DNA from: Psammoneis japonica
Taxonomy: Eukaryota
Direction of reading: 5' to 3'
DNA length: 64,000 bases
Assembly: GCA_008632985.1 (NCBI GenBank)
Contig: QPGO01000017.1
Location: 372,001 to 436,000, forward strand
In this document: piece after piece, positions 24,400 to 35,243 of the stretch
Position numbering within the stretch: the first letter of the stretch is position 1
Layout of the letters: every line of letters starts with the position of its first letter
Position numbers and translations under genes: made by a program
The notes under the pieces: generated by a model
The model's input: only the letters and a program-made list of their open reading frames with translations
The model's database searches: none
What the model was told of the DNA's origin: nothing

Positions 24400-25360
24400 G
24401 GCTGCAATTGTTGCACTGGTTGGTGCCATCATGGTGTCCTTTCAGCATGGAGTTGGGGTGTTCAAGTCTCCTTGTCACATGATTCATGCATGGATGAAGT
24501 GACACGGGGCCACAGCTGTGCCAGGGTTGCCTTGAAACTCTCTGCCACAGCTCTCAAAGTGTCACCCAGGGTCCACCAAAGACCCCCAATGTGCTTCAGC
24601 TGCAGTTGTTGGGTTGGTTGGCACCACTGTCATGCTGTTGTTTCACTGCAAAGTTGGAGCTGGCTTCAAGGAGCCTCATCATGCTTTTGGGAAAAAGTGA
24701 CTGGGGGCACAAACATGCAAGGATGGCCTTGCAACCTTCCACCACAGTTTTTAAACCATTGTTTGGGGCATGCCAAAGACCCCCAATGCTCTCAGGCTGC
24801 AGCTTTTGGGTTGGTTGGTCCCATCATCTTTTAACTGTGTGAAGCTGGGGTGCTCAAGTCTTGCCCTTTGTGGGTTGGCAAAGTGACTGGAGGTCAAATT
24901 GCACAAGGCCAAGGCCAGGGCAGGGTGGCCTTGCAACACTCAGCCACAGTTCTCAAAGCACCACCTGCAGCCCTTCTTCATTGACCTCTGGTGCCCACAA
25001 GCTGTGGCTCTTGGGTTGGCCAGCCTCATCATGGTGTCCTTCTTTTGCTGTGCAAAGCCAGCTGGGGCAGCGTTGAAGTCTTGCCATTCTTGTGAGGACA
25101 AAGTGTTGTGGTGAGGCCTCAGCTGCACCAGATGGATCTTTCAATGCTCAACCATGGCTCTCAAAGTGCTCCCTTGTGCTCTCTTCCAAAGGGAACTTGT
25201 TGGGAAAGTGTGCTCTCTTGCTGGCGTGGACAAGGCAACACAGGGTGTGCCACAACTTCACCAGGTTGGCCTTGCACTGTTCAGCCATGGCTCTCAAATT
25301 GTTGCCTTCTCTTGTGTCTGCCAAAGATTCTCAGTGCTGCCTCCTGGGCTGGCCCTGTGT
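24400..25360 (+). repeat. Degenerate ~200-bp tandem repeat
   Basis: Recurring ggccttgcaac..ccacag..ctcaaag..ccaaagacccccaatg..gggttggttgg blocks near 24520, 24720, 24920 and 25260. Confidence 0.6.
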
Positions 25361-25809
25361 GAGTTGCACATGAACAGCTTTGTGGCCACACCAAGACAGC
25401 CAGCTTGTTCCTGGACACCACCTGCTTGAGACTCGTTCCAGCCCCAGATGGGAGCTTGCAATGCTGACATGTGACACAATTGTTTTTTGTTGTCCGATGC
25501 ATGTTTTGAGCACACATTTCTGCATGTGATCTTCCAAAAAATTGTTCCAGACTTGCTGTTCTGCAAAACCCCAGATGTTTTGTTTGACAAAATTGTGGGA
25601 GCCTCATTTTCTGTTGGCAATCATTGATGCATTCATCACCTCACAATTTTGCCACGGAGCTGGCACGCAAAATTCCATGGCTGGGCCCAGTGTCACACAG
25701 ATTTCCACCTGTGTCTGGAACACGTCTTGACCACCTCCTCCACAACTGCCTTCACAGCCTGAGGCAGCCTCCTTCCAATGAGCTCCAGCCATGACAAGAG
25801 TGCAAAAGC

Positions 25810-25811
<2 letters not shown>

Positions 25812-25853
<42 letters not shown>

Positions 25854-25866
25854 GGGGGGGGGGGGG
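25812..25866 (+). repeat. (TG)n microsatellite followed by a poly-G run
   Basis: Directly visible; about 40 bp upstream of the Ngaro left end. Confidence 0.95.
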
Positions 25867-27389
25867 TGCACATTGGCTGCAAAAACTGGCTGCAAAAGCA
25901 GTCTTTTTGTTGGTCCTTGGAGTCAGAGCAGTGAGTGCATGTGGCAGGCAAAATTCAGACGGAAGGATGACCAGATGGATTTGTTGATTTTTTGGCTGCA
26001 CACATGACAATTGGCAAATTTGGCTTCGCACGCTGATGGTGAACAGTCATTTCATCATTTCTCAATGACTTTGGAAGTCATTGACAATGCTGTGACAATT
26101 GTTGTCAGGCATCGCAAGCTCTGTTGAGTTGTTTTGGTCTTTCAAATCTTTCAAAGACAACAACTCATGCACCATGTTGCTGGAAAACAGCTGGAAGAAC
26201 TTCTTCTTGAGCTGACTGCAAGCAACAATGCACGCTGCATGTTGGGCTCTCTGCAAAAGATTTCACACAAGCCTCCTGCAGAATCAAGTCATTGAGCACA
26301 TCTCAAAGGAGGCACAGTTTTCCTTGATGCATGTCAAGCAACAGGGAACCCCATTTTGCTCCATGGCCATGCTGTCATTGGAGGCACAAGACTCCAACTG
26401 GGAATGTTCCATGTGATGTCAGTTGGAATGGGCTCACGTGCATGCCCTGCACAAGTGGACCCAGACAATTTCTTCAAGATGATGGAGCTTGACACCCCAA
26501 CCTGGAACAACATGTCAAGAACCTGGAATCAGCCAATGAAGCAGACAAGATTGCCCCTCCGACTTGATTGGAGTCAGCCGCCAAAGCCACTTTCCATCCA
26601 ATTGCCCCTCTCCCTCCATTCACAGTGAGCCAATTCACAGATGAAGATGACTGGCCCACATCCATCCTGCCAATTGCCACCCTGTCAGCTGTCAATGTCT
26701 GCAATCAAGCTTGTGACAGTGACAAAAACTGTCCCAGCACCACCAAGGACCTTTGTTGGCTTGCCGCTTTCCTTTGGGCCATTGCCCACGACAAGATCCC
26801 AGCCTTCACCCAAAGTGCTGTCACCAATGCTGCAGCTCTGCAATGCTTCAAAGAACTTCACATGTCTTCCATTGCATCAAATGACATTGCAACAAACCCC
26901 CCAGGTGTCACCTCTGATGCAATGCTGCAAGGTGTTGCCTCAAGCATCGCTGAGCTCACAACACACCTGCAATCCAAACGATCATCTGGAGAACAAGACA
27001 AACAACTTTGAGAAGTTGGCAGCCCACTCCTGACAAATGATTCCATTGGAATTGTCTTAAGATGGCAACACTGCACCTGCCAGCCTGTCCAACCTTGCGT
27101 CCTCATTCTTCAAACAACCAACATCTGCTGCAGCCAGAAACTGGGCACAACACACCCTCAAGAACAAACTTGGATGCCTCGTGGTCACCAAGCAAGGAAT
27201 TGCCACAGCAACACCAGCTAGAGAATTCCTTTGGGACAGAGATGACCTCCCAAACAACTTCAGCACCTTCTTTGCAGCACACCCACCAACAACTCCCCAA
27301 GCAGCAATGACGACAAGACAGCATCAGCCTCTGTGATGCGTTGTCTTCACCTGCAAGTCAAAGAAGGAAAAGGGTTGTCAGACAAAGAC

Positions 27390-29885
27390 TTACGGACTAG
27401 CAATGTTGGGACAATCTAACGGATGTCTAGGACAGATGATAATCGTGCACTAGATGAGAAAGAAAGTGAGCAAAGGAGAGATCATCGGATCTCTCCATGC
27501 AGTCTATGCTAGTCTGTCCGACACAAGGGAGTGTACTCCCCATCTCGGATGTCTGTCACCCTCCCCTGATGAGCAATGCAATGCTCAACAAGAAAGAAAG
27601 AGACGATCCGAATAAAAAAAGAGGACCAGAATAGCAGAACAAAGAAGAGCACCAAAAGAAATGGCCAAGACTTGGTCCGTAAACACGATAACAATCAACG
27701 ACAACATCCCATCAAGGGACGAGCATGTCGGGAATAAACATCCATCCCGCGCTCAACGCATCGGTCTTCGACAAAAAATATCAAAGGTAGTTCCCAATAA
27801 ATCTTTTGGATAAATTGAGTCGTGCACCAGAGAAGAATTTTGTCAATCCATAAATAATCGACCGCAACGAGACATTCTGGCGAGCCATCCTGTCGCCAAA
27901 AATCATCGGAAGAGATGGGGCCAAAAATTGGAAATCCACCATGGACAGTGATACGTTGAAAATGAAGCAATAGCATCCCACCTGATAAACCAATACTTCT
28001 ACCACACTTTGTGTCACCCTTGAAAAACATATTGGAGAAACAAAATACATCATAAAGTCGCTCAACGTCGGAAGAACAGTGACGTATCAGAGGTGAGCAT
28101 CGCACGTCGTTCAAAAAGTGATCGTCAAGTAAGGTATCTTGGCCGAAGATTGAGTTCTCAATGGCCTGATATGTTTCCTCTGCGCTATAGGAATCCCTCC
28201 CCTGATCAAAAAATGTAGGATCATCATCGGCAATGGTGGATAGGTCCGGAGTACCGTGAAAAGTACAAATAGACGCGACAACGGTCCTGACAACAGAGGA
28301 AAGAGATGAAATAGCGAGAGGTAACGAGACTCGGTGGCCCTCTTTCAGGGTTACCCCGCTTTCATTGGTCTTGATGGGATAAGAGAAGGAATGGCAGCAT
28401 CGTATATCCGAAATTAACGACGGCCGAACCAAAAATCCGAATTCGAATCAACTTGACAACCAACGAAGCACTGGCGGCGTCCATGAGTAACAGACGACGG
28501 CGGCGCACAGGTGGTAAGCAACTCGGGTGTAACCTTGATAATAGAGGATAGTCCATAACTGGGGTGAATATGGCCATCTTTACATGGAACAATAGAATGG
28601 CCAGAAACAAAAAACTTCGGGGTCTCGAGTAGGCAGGAGCGGACTTCGGCAGGAAGTACCACCGATTCGGTAGGAATTGCAAGGGATCCCGCATCAATGT
28701 CTGTAGATTGCTTACCCGTAGATTCCATAACAGACACAGTAGACTTGATAGTCAAGGAATTAGCATCCATAGGATCCATCCGAGCATCCATAGCGAGTGC
28801 ATCTTCAACACGAGATACAACAGCAGTGTTGTAGCTACTGGCAGCAGAGGCGGGATCTGGGCACAACTTGGACTCAGCACATGCATGAGAACTTGAAATG
28901 CTCTCCAATCCATTAGTCATGGCTTGCCCACACTCGTTTGGACCAGGTGAATGAGTTGCTAAGGCCTCAGCAAAGTCTTCAGGAGTGGGACCTGCAGTGG
29001 CAACCGGCGGGGATGCAGAACTTGAAGTGGACGGTGGGACTGGATGCGGATCATCTGAAATGTCATCCCAGCAATCGCAATGCTGGAAACCAGGACAGAA
29101 ATGGAAACGTAAAGTGCCAACACACACCTTTGTGGTGCTGTCATTCTCTGTGATCGCTTTGACCATTGCGTTCTGAAGAGCACTGAGGTTCAGACGAACC
29201 GGGGAGCCTTGAGGGGTGGCCACAAAGAGAGGGGCCTTTTCAATGATCGGTCCGATTCGTGTGAGATCTTCAGTCAGGGCAGCTTCAGGGATGACAAGAT
29301 TCTGAATGATCTCGCGATGGAGAACAGTGACAGCATCGCACTTGAGGCCTTGAGGAGCAAATCCATCCAAAAGATCTTCAGGAGCAGGGATCGCGTCCGA
29401 ACAAAGGGTGTTCAGGAAAACATGGGCATCGGGTGAGCGATTGTGTGGGCTGAATTCAACCCGCATTGTCTTGATCTTGGTCAAATCGACGGCGTTTTGA
29501 TTTTTGTTCACCATGGTTGCGCAGGAAAAAAATCAAATTCCTGTGCAGAGCTCTGGTGTGTGTTCCACGGTGGTCGTTTGATCACAAATCGAGAGGTGAA
29601 AAAATGGCTGTGACAATGATGACGATTTCAACGAAGAAAAGGTCGCCAAATCACACAACAGGCGCTGCAGTGGAGGAGCACAGAGGAAGAGGAACAGCGC
29701 ACTGCTGCTCACAACCTTGCAGACTGGCAGCATCAGGACAACCCAACGGACATCTAGGACAGATGATGATCGTGTGCTAGATGAGAAAGAAAGTGAGCAA
29801 AGGAGAGATCATCGGATCTCTCCATGCTGTCTGTGCTAGTCTGTCCGACACAAGGGAGTGTGCTCCCCATCTCGGATGTCTGTCA
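27390..29885 (-). mobile_element. Non-autonomous Copia-like LTR retrotransposon (2.5 kb)
   Basis: 169-bp LTRs at 27390-27558 and 29717-29885; 5-bp TSD AAGAC (27385-27389, 29886-29890); PPT AGGGGAGGG (minus strand, 27559-27567). PBS GGTTGTGAGC follows the 5' LTR and is one TA->TG change from the copia/Ty5-type half-tRNAiMet PBS GGTTATGAGC. No RT or integrase motifs recognised. Confidence 0.88.
28414..29514 (-). pseudogene. Internal ORF of the LTR element (probable truncated gag-like region)
   Basis: 366-aa ORF starting about 200 bp after the PBS on the element's sense strand. Identity inferred from position only. Confidence 0.5.
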
Positions 29886-31399
29886 AAGACATCAAGAAGA
29901 TCACAGAGCAAGAGCTAAAATCACCTGCCACAGCCGATGCTCCATTCTTCCAAATCCAAAACTTCATGAGCCCACATGCCACTGTCATGGGTAAAAACTC
30001 CCCAGCAGCCCAAAACCTTGTGTCACCAGGATTTGCCACATCAAGAAACACTGCAACTCACATGACAACCAAGGGGCCAAAGACCCAAATGTGCTCAACT
30101 CCAGTTGCAAGACTGCACCAATGCAACACTCTGCAGTGATGTGGATGACTCGCTCATCTCTTTTGCCAACTTCCAGCAAGAGACAGTCCCAGCCAGAACA
30201 CTTCACTTGATCCACCCCAGTCTTCTTAGCCACAAACTCCAATGATGACAAGCCAGGAACCAAATGCAAAAAGGCAAAGACAAAGCCAACCAAGACAAAC
30301 TGGTTTGCAATGACAACTTGCTTCCCATTTGGAAACTCAAACAAGGCAAAGACTGTGTGGCAAAGTCTTCCACCCAAACATCAAGACCCTCCCTTTGTTC
30401 AAAGGTGTCCAACTCTGTGGCAAATGCCACGCAAAAGATTGCTGCGCCACCATCTGCTGCAAGTGCAGCCACTCTGAACTCCGTGGAAAAGCCATTGAAG
30501 ATGTGACCAAGTGGGTCTCCTTTTGCCGTGAATGCTCTCCCTCTGCCAAAGATGATGACCAAAAACAGGACGCATGGTCATTGCTTGGCAGTGGCGACCC
30601 ATCCAATGGCAAATGCTTTTGTCCACCACCCAAGCCTCCTCATGACACACCAATGCCAAGCAACACATGCATGCAAGCCAGGCTGTCAAACAAGAAAACA
30701 AGAAATGCCCGACAGAGACAAGAGGATCAAGTTCCATCCTGCACTTCCCCACCCATGTCAGATTGCAAGGATCAAGTTCCCTCCTGACCAATGACCTCCA
30801 CCTGCTCACAACAGACAACAACCCCTTCAGCCCCAGACACAATGCTGTGAACCACCCAACAAGAAAGCCTGGACAGCACAGAGAAACGAGCATTTGAGCA
30901 ATGAGAGATGATTCAGGACATGCTCAGCAAGCATCACACTGACCTGATGGGAGCCATTGAGCAACAGGATCAAGACCCTCAAGACCCAACAGCAACAATC
31001 CCAAGCACTCCAAGAGATGGACACATCCTCCATTGTTTCACAACAAACAAACCTGAGCCACCCAAATCCAACAGTCTCCCTCCTGGGATCACCTGGCGGA
31101 GCCCGCCAAAATGCCTTTGGGCTCAGCAGATCCCAAGGTCCTTGAATCCAAACAGCACTCTCCTTGGAAGTGTCTGATGGAACCTGCTGAACAGTCATCT
31201 TCCCAGGCTGACCCAGCAGCTCCCTCTCAGGCACCAAAATCCAAAAGTTCTTCCTCCAAGGTCAACCCAACAGAGCCTCACATGGAGTTGCATCTCAGCA
31301 CCAACTCATGCACCACCTTGACTGCTCCAGCTCCTCAGCCAAGTTGCTCAAAAGCTCTGTCCAACAAAGCCCTGCTCCAGCTGACAAGCCACATCACTT

Positions 31400-33450
31400 C
31401 ACAATCTCCTCAACTGCCATCAAAACTGATCTTCTCTTTTGAGCTTGCAAAAGAAGCAGCCAAGCAAAACTGGATGATCGTTTCTCAACGTTTCAACCTC
31501 AATCTTGAGAGAGCACTTCAAGCACAATGAACATCCATCCCAGGCTGCGGCTCAGAATTCCGTTTGATTGATGTGCTGCAACCCCTCCTGCATTGTCATC
31601 CATCATGGGACAAAGTTGAACAAACATTGTCCCATGGAGCTGGGCATCCTCTTGAACCAACAGAGGAGACAGCAGCATGCCAAGACAACATGTGAGAAGA
31701 GGTCAATCAAGGGAATCACAAGTCAGCAGTGCGACATGCATCAATCTTGAGAGAGAAACTCCATGACAAAGTTTGCAAAGGCAGGGAACTGCCTTTGCCC
31801 AAAGACAAGATCTGCCATCTTCCCAAAGCCCTGGCGGCCCCACTCAAAGTTGCAGAACAAGACACAATCAATGAACAAGGGGAAGCAGTCCCTTCCAAAT
31901 GTGCCACTCATGAACAATCTTGCAGATTCCATTCAGGGACTTCAGTGAATTCTAGAGTCATCTCAGAAGAACTCACACACTCCCTGTGTGCACAGAAACA
32001 TGCTTTGCTGCCTGATCCATTGCATTGTTTCAATTCAGCTGCGTCACCACAAACCCGAGTTCCAATCCAGAAGATTGATTGTGAGTCAGCCTGCTGTCGT
32101 GGCCACTCAAACAGCAACACCGCAGTTCAGTCGATTGTCACTTGTGATGATCCAGCCCTTCTGGCCCTCTGTTTCACCTTTGGAGGCAAGCCAAACCCAA
32201 ACTTGTGGGGCAACATTTCTGAATCTGTTTGCAACCCGTGTCCAACAACATCCTCCAATGCAAGTCCTGGGACCCATCCACTTTATGAAACCCAGCTCAA
32301 GACCACCTCCCCCTTCCTCACTGCAAAAACAACAATGCGCCATTTGCCCCAGCTCTTGAACTCACAGTTGAGATTCCCCCAACAACAATGGCATCATTGA
32401 TGTCTGCATGGATGACACAGTCACAGTCACACCCAACCTGAATGACAATGTCAAACAAGGAGAAGCGGCAGTGCTGTCAGGGATTCATCCTGTTGGCTGA
32501 CCGGTTCACCCCAAAGAAGACCTCACACAAGACAATCTCACCTGTTTGAAGAAACTCTGTGCCAAAGGATGACTTGAAGAATGGCAGCACTTGGTTGGTT
32601 GGTTGGACACCTGTTGCATGAGCGTCTGTTTGCCAGAACATAAATTTGTTGCTTGGTCCAACCAACTCCGATCCCTCATCAAGAAAGAAGGGTGAGCTTT
32701 CAAAGAAATTGAGCAACTTGTTGGTAGACTCAACCATCTGGGCTGCATCGTGCCACATGCTTGCCATGTTCTAAGTCACCTTTGTCAACTTATGATGCAC
32801 TCCAAAAACAGGAGATGGTGTGAGTTACGACCATCAGAGATCAAAGATGCAAGACTCTGGACAAGATTTCTCAAACAAGCTTGAAATGGTGTCAGCCCAA
32901 ACCTCATCACTTGCCACAAGCCAACACACATCTGTTGATCCAATGCATCAGAACATGGCATTGGTGGCTGCAACATTGCAGCTGGACAGGCTTTCTGATT
33001 TGAACTCCCACAACACCTGGCACATGGTCTTGCAATCAATGCGAAGGAGTTCTTGTCCAGTGTCACATGTCCTTTGATTGATTCCATCAAAGGCAACCTG
33101 CCACCGCTCTCATGTGTCCTCTTCCAAGGTGACAGTGCCACAGCCTCCAGCTGGCTGCAGAAATCCAACTTCAATGAAGAAACTGATCCAGAGCAAATGG
33201 AGATTGCACCCGTCAATTTGCGTTCATCATGCTTGACACTGAGAGTCAATCCTTCAGCCAATGGTTCCCTGGAAAGAAGAACATCATCAGTGATTGCTTG
33301 TCTTGAGACAGAAACTCATCCAATGACACACTCACCCATTTGCTTTGCCACAGTGCACCCAAGCAGGTTTCTCAAAGCTTTCACATCTTGCCACTGCCCA
33401 ACAAAATCATTTCTTGGTTGACCTCCTTGATGCCAAAGACACTTGTCAAC
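31400..33450 (+). pseudogene. Ngaro reverse transcriptase / RNase H remnant
   Basis: AEQDTINEQGE..THEQS, KIDCESACCRGH (K-x-D-x-x-x-AYRR), TFGGKPNP, DVCMDD (YxDD; 32405-32416), INAKEFL, GDSATASSWLQKSNF, QWFPGKKNIISDCLS. Multiple stops and frameshifts. Confidence 0.88.
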
Positions 33451-34520
33451 AAGCAAATGCCAAAGAAACCAACAAGAAGCAAAACACAGTTTTCACCTGC
33501 TGGGAGAAGTTTCTTGGCAAGATTGGACTCAGCGACAACCTGTTCATGGATGAACTCACCATCACCCAACCACACTGCACCCTTGGAGCCTTTGCAGCAG
33601 CCATCAAGAGGGATGTTTCTCAGCAGAACAATTTGACACATGGGTGGCAGGGACCATTGGAGCTGCTGTGGACAATGTGGCATTGACCTTTGGGTCTTGC
33701 AACAGGAAGGACCCAAGGTTGGATGAGGATTGATGGACCTTGCACCTTTTGCTCTGCCAGTGTTGAGGCTGCAAAAACCACAATGGACAACAGAAGCAAC
33801 AGAAAGCAATCACCACCTCACTCCTCTGTGCTTTGTCCCAAAATCAAAAGATGTGCAAAGATGTCACCACAAGCCAACTGACCATCAGAGCTTGGTTCTT
33901 TGCCATGTGCTCTTGCGAGTGCTCCAAGACCAAAGGTGACTGACACAAACCAAACTGCCAACCCTCAAGAATCTCCACTTGACTTCTTCCAAGACAGTGC
34001 CAAACTGCAGCACAAAGACCCAGACTTTGCCTTGGCTGACACCATCTCCATCACCTTCGAATGCCAAAAGAATGACAAGTGATGTGACACCATCACAATG
34101 TTTTGCACCGGGGACAACCTGCTCTGTCCAGTCCATGCATGGGCAGCAGCAGCCCATCATGCACTGTTCCACCCAGGCTCTGTCTCAGACTCCCCAGCAT
34201 GCACCATTGGCAAAAACAGAAAACTGCACTCTCTCTCCTCTTTAATCATCCTGAGATGCAAGCAGCAGCAGTGGCAGCAACAGCAATCGGTGAGAGGACA
34301 AGTTGGGGTGCAAAGCTCATGAAATCAGAACACACTCTGTTTGCTTGGGAGCAGCTGTGGCAATGCATTTTGTGTGCACACCTGTCCACTTGATCATGTT
34401 GATTGGCAGATGGTCTTCAGACGCCTTTCCCCAACACATCCAAGAACAAGTTCAACAATTTGGTGTCAACGTCTCTTCACAAGTGATCAAGCACCAACAC
34501 TTCTTTGCAGTTCCAGACTC
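33450..34520 (+). pseudogene. Ngaro tyrosine recombinase remnant
   Basis: FFAMCSCECS (FFAMRSCEY), ITFECQKND, LCPVHAWA, THSVCLGAAVAM (HSxR), IMLIGRWSSDAFPQHIQEQV (catalytic Tyr position now CAC, 34435-34437). Confidence 0.9.
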
Positions 34521-35243
34521 TGGCCCAGAAGATCCCAGAATCCACAATCATTGTGAACTCCAAGCCACTTGCGCAAACAATGGTCGACGTCAAGCTCAGT
34601 TGATGGCACAACTGCCATTGTTTTGCTCTCTTCACTTGAGTGTCACAGAGCTCAGCAACCAGATTGAAATTTTGCAGGCGAGTCATGATGGCACATCAAC
34701 TGCAGCACTGTTGGGTCCCTGGGGGGTTGTTCACTTCAGGAATGAAAATTTCCTGGGCCAAACCATCAGGCTTTGTTGCCAGACCATTCATGCTCAAGAT
34801 TGGAGTCTGCAACCTGTGGTGAGGACTTGGTTTGATGGGTCATCATTTGTTGGTCCTTGGAGTCAGAGCAGCAGTGAGTGCGTGTGGCATGCAAAATTTG
34901 GATGGAAGGATGACCAGATGAATTCATTGATTCTTTTGGCTGCACACACGACATTTGGTGAATTCAACTTCACGTGTCAATGGTCAACAGTCATTTTTCA
35001 ACAGCTTTGGAAGTTGTTGGCAATGCTGGGATGATCGCCATTGTGTGTCACAAGCTTTGTCAAGTTGTCTTGGTTTTTAAAATTCCCCAAACCCACCACC
35101 CTTCATGAGCTGTGGCACTGCCAGGTCCCTGGGGGATTGTTCACATTGGGAATGAAAATTTCCCAGGCCAAACTGTCAGGTTTTAATGTCAGACTGTTCA
35201 CACTCAAGATTGGAGTCCGCAGCCTGTGGCAAGGACTTGGCTC

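Larger units (their letters stand above)
11950..25905. repeat. Large hypermutated repeat domain (unclassified TE relics, minisatellites, satellite)
   Basis: Near-absence of TA and low CG from about 12.07 kb; dense overlapping Tyr-less ORFs in all frames; several internal tandem repeats. Confidence 0.8.
26167..30560 (+). pseudogene. Ngaro ORF1/gag-like remnant, split by the Copia-like insertion
   Basis: The reading frame LHLQVKEGKGLSDKD (to 27389) continues as IKKITEQELKSPAT after 29890. Cys/His cluster (LCGKCHAKDCCATICCKCSH) near 30410-30480. Confidence 0.65.
25906..35243 (+). mobile_element. Ngaro-type (DIRS order) tyrosine-recombinase retrotransposon, structurally complete but hypermutated, with a nested LTR element
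   Basis: Split direct repeats A1 (25906-~26168) ... B1 (~34698-34832), A2 (34846-~35107), B2 (~35108-35243). Between them lie gag-like, RT, RNase H and YR remnants in order. Confidence 0.9.

Noticed and set aside
25812..25850. (TG)n as a converted (TA)n tract
   Set aside because: Two-strand conversion should give mixed TG/CA; a pure TG run is explained by ordinary slippage.
25906..35243. Diversity-generating retroelement (RT plus repeats differing at adenines)
   Set aside because: Differences are on both strands, context-specific and domain-wide rather than template-to-variable A->N. The RT is DIRS/Ngaro type and is itself mutated.
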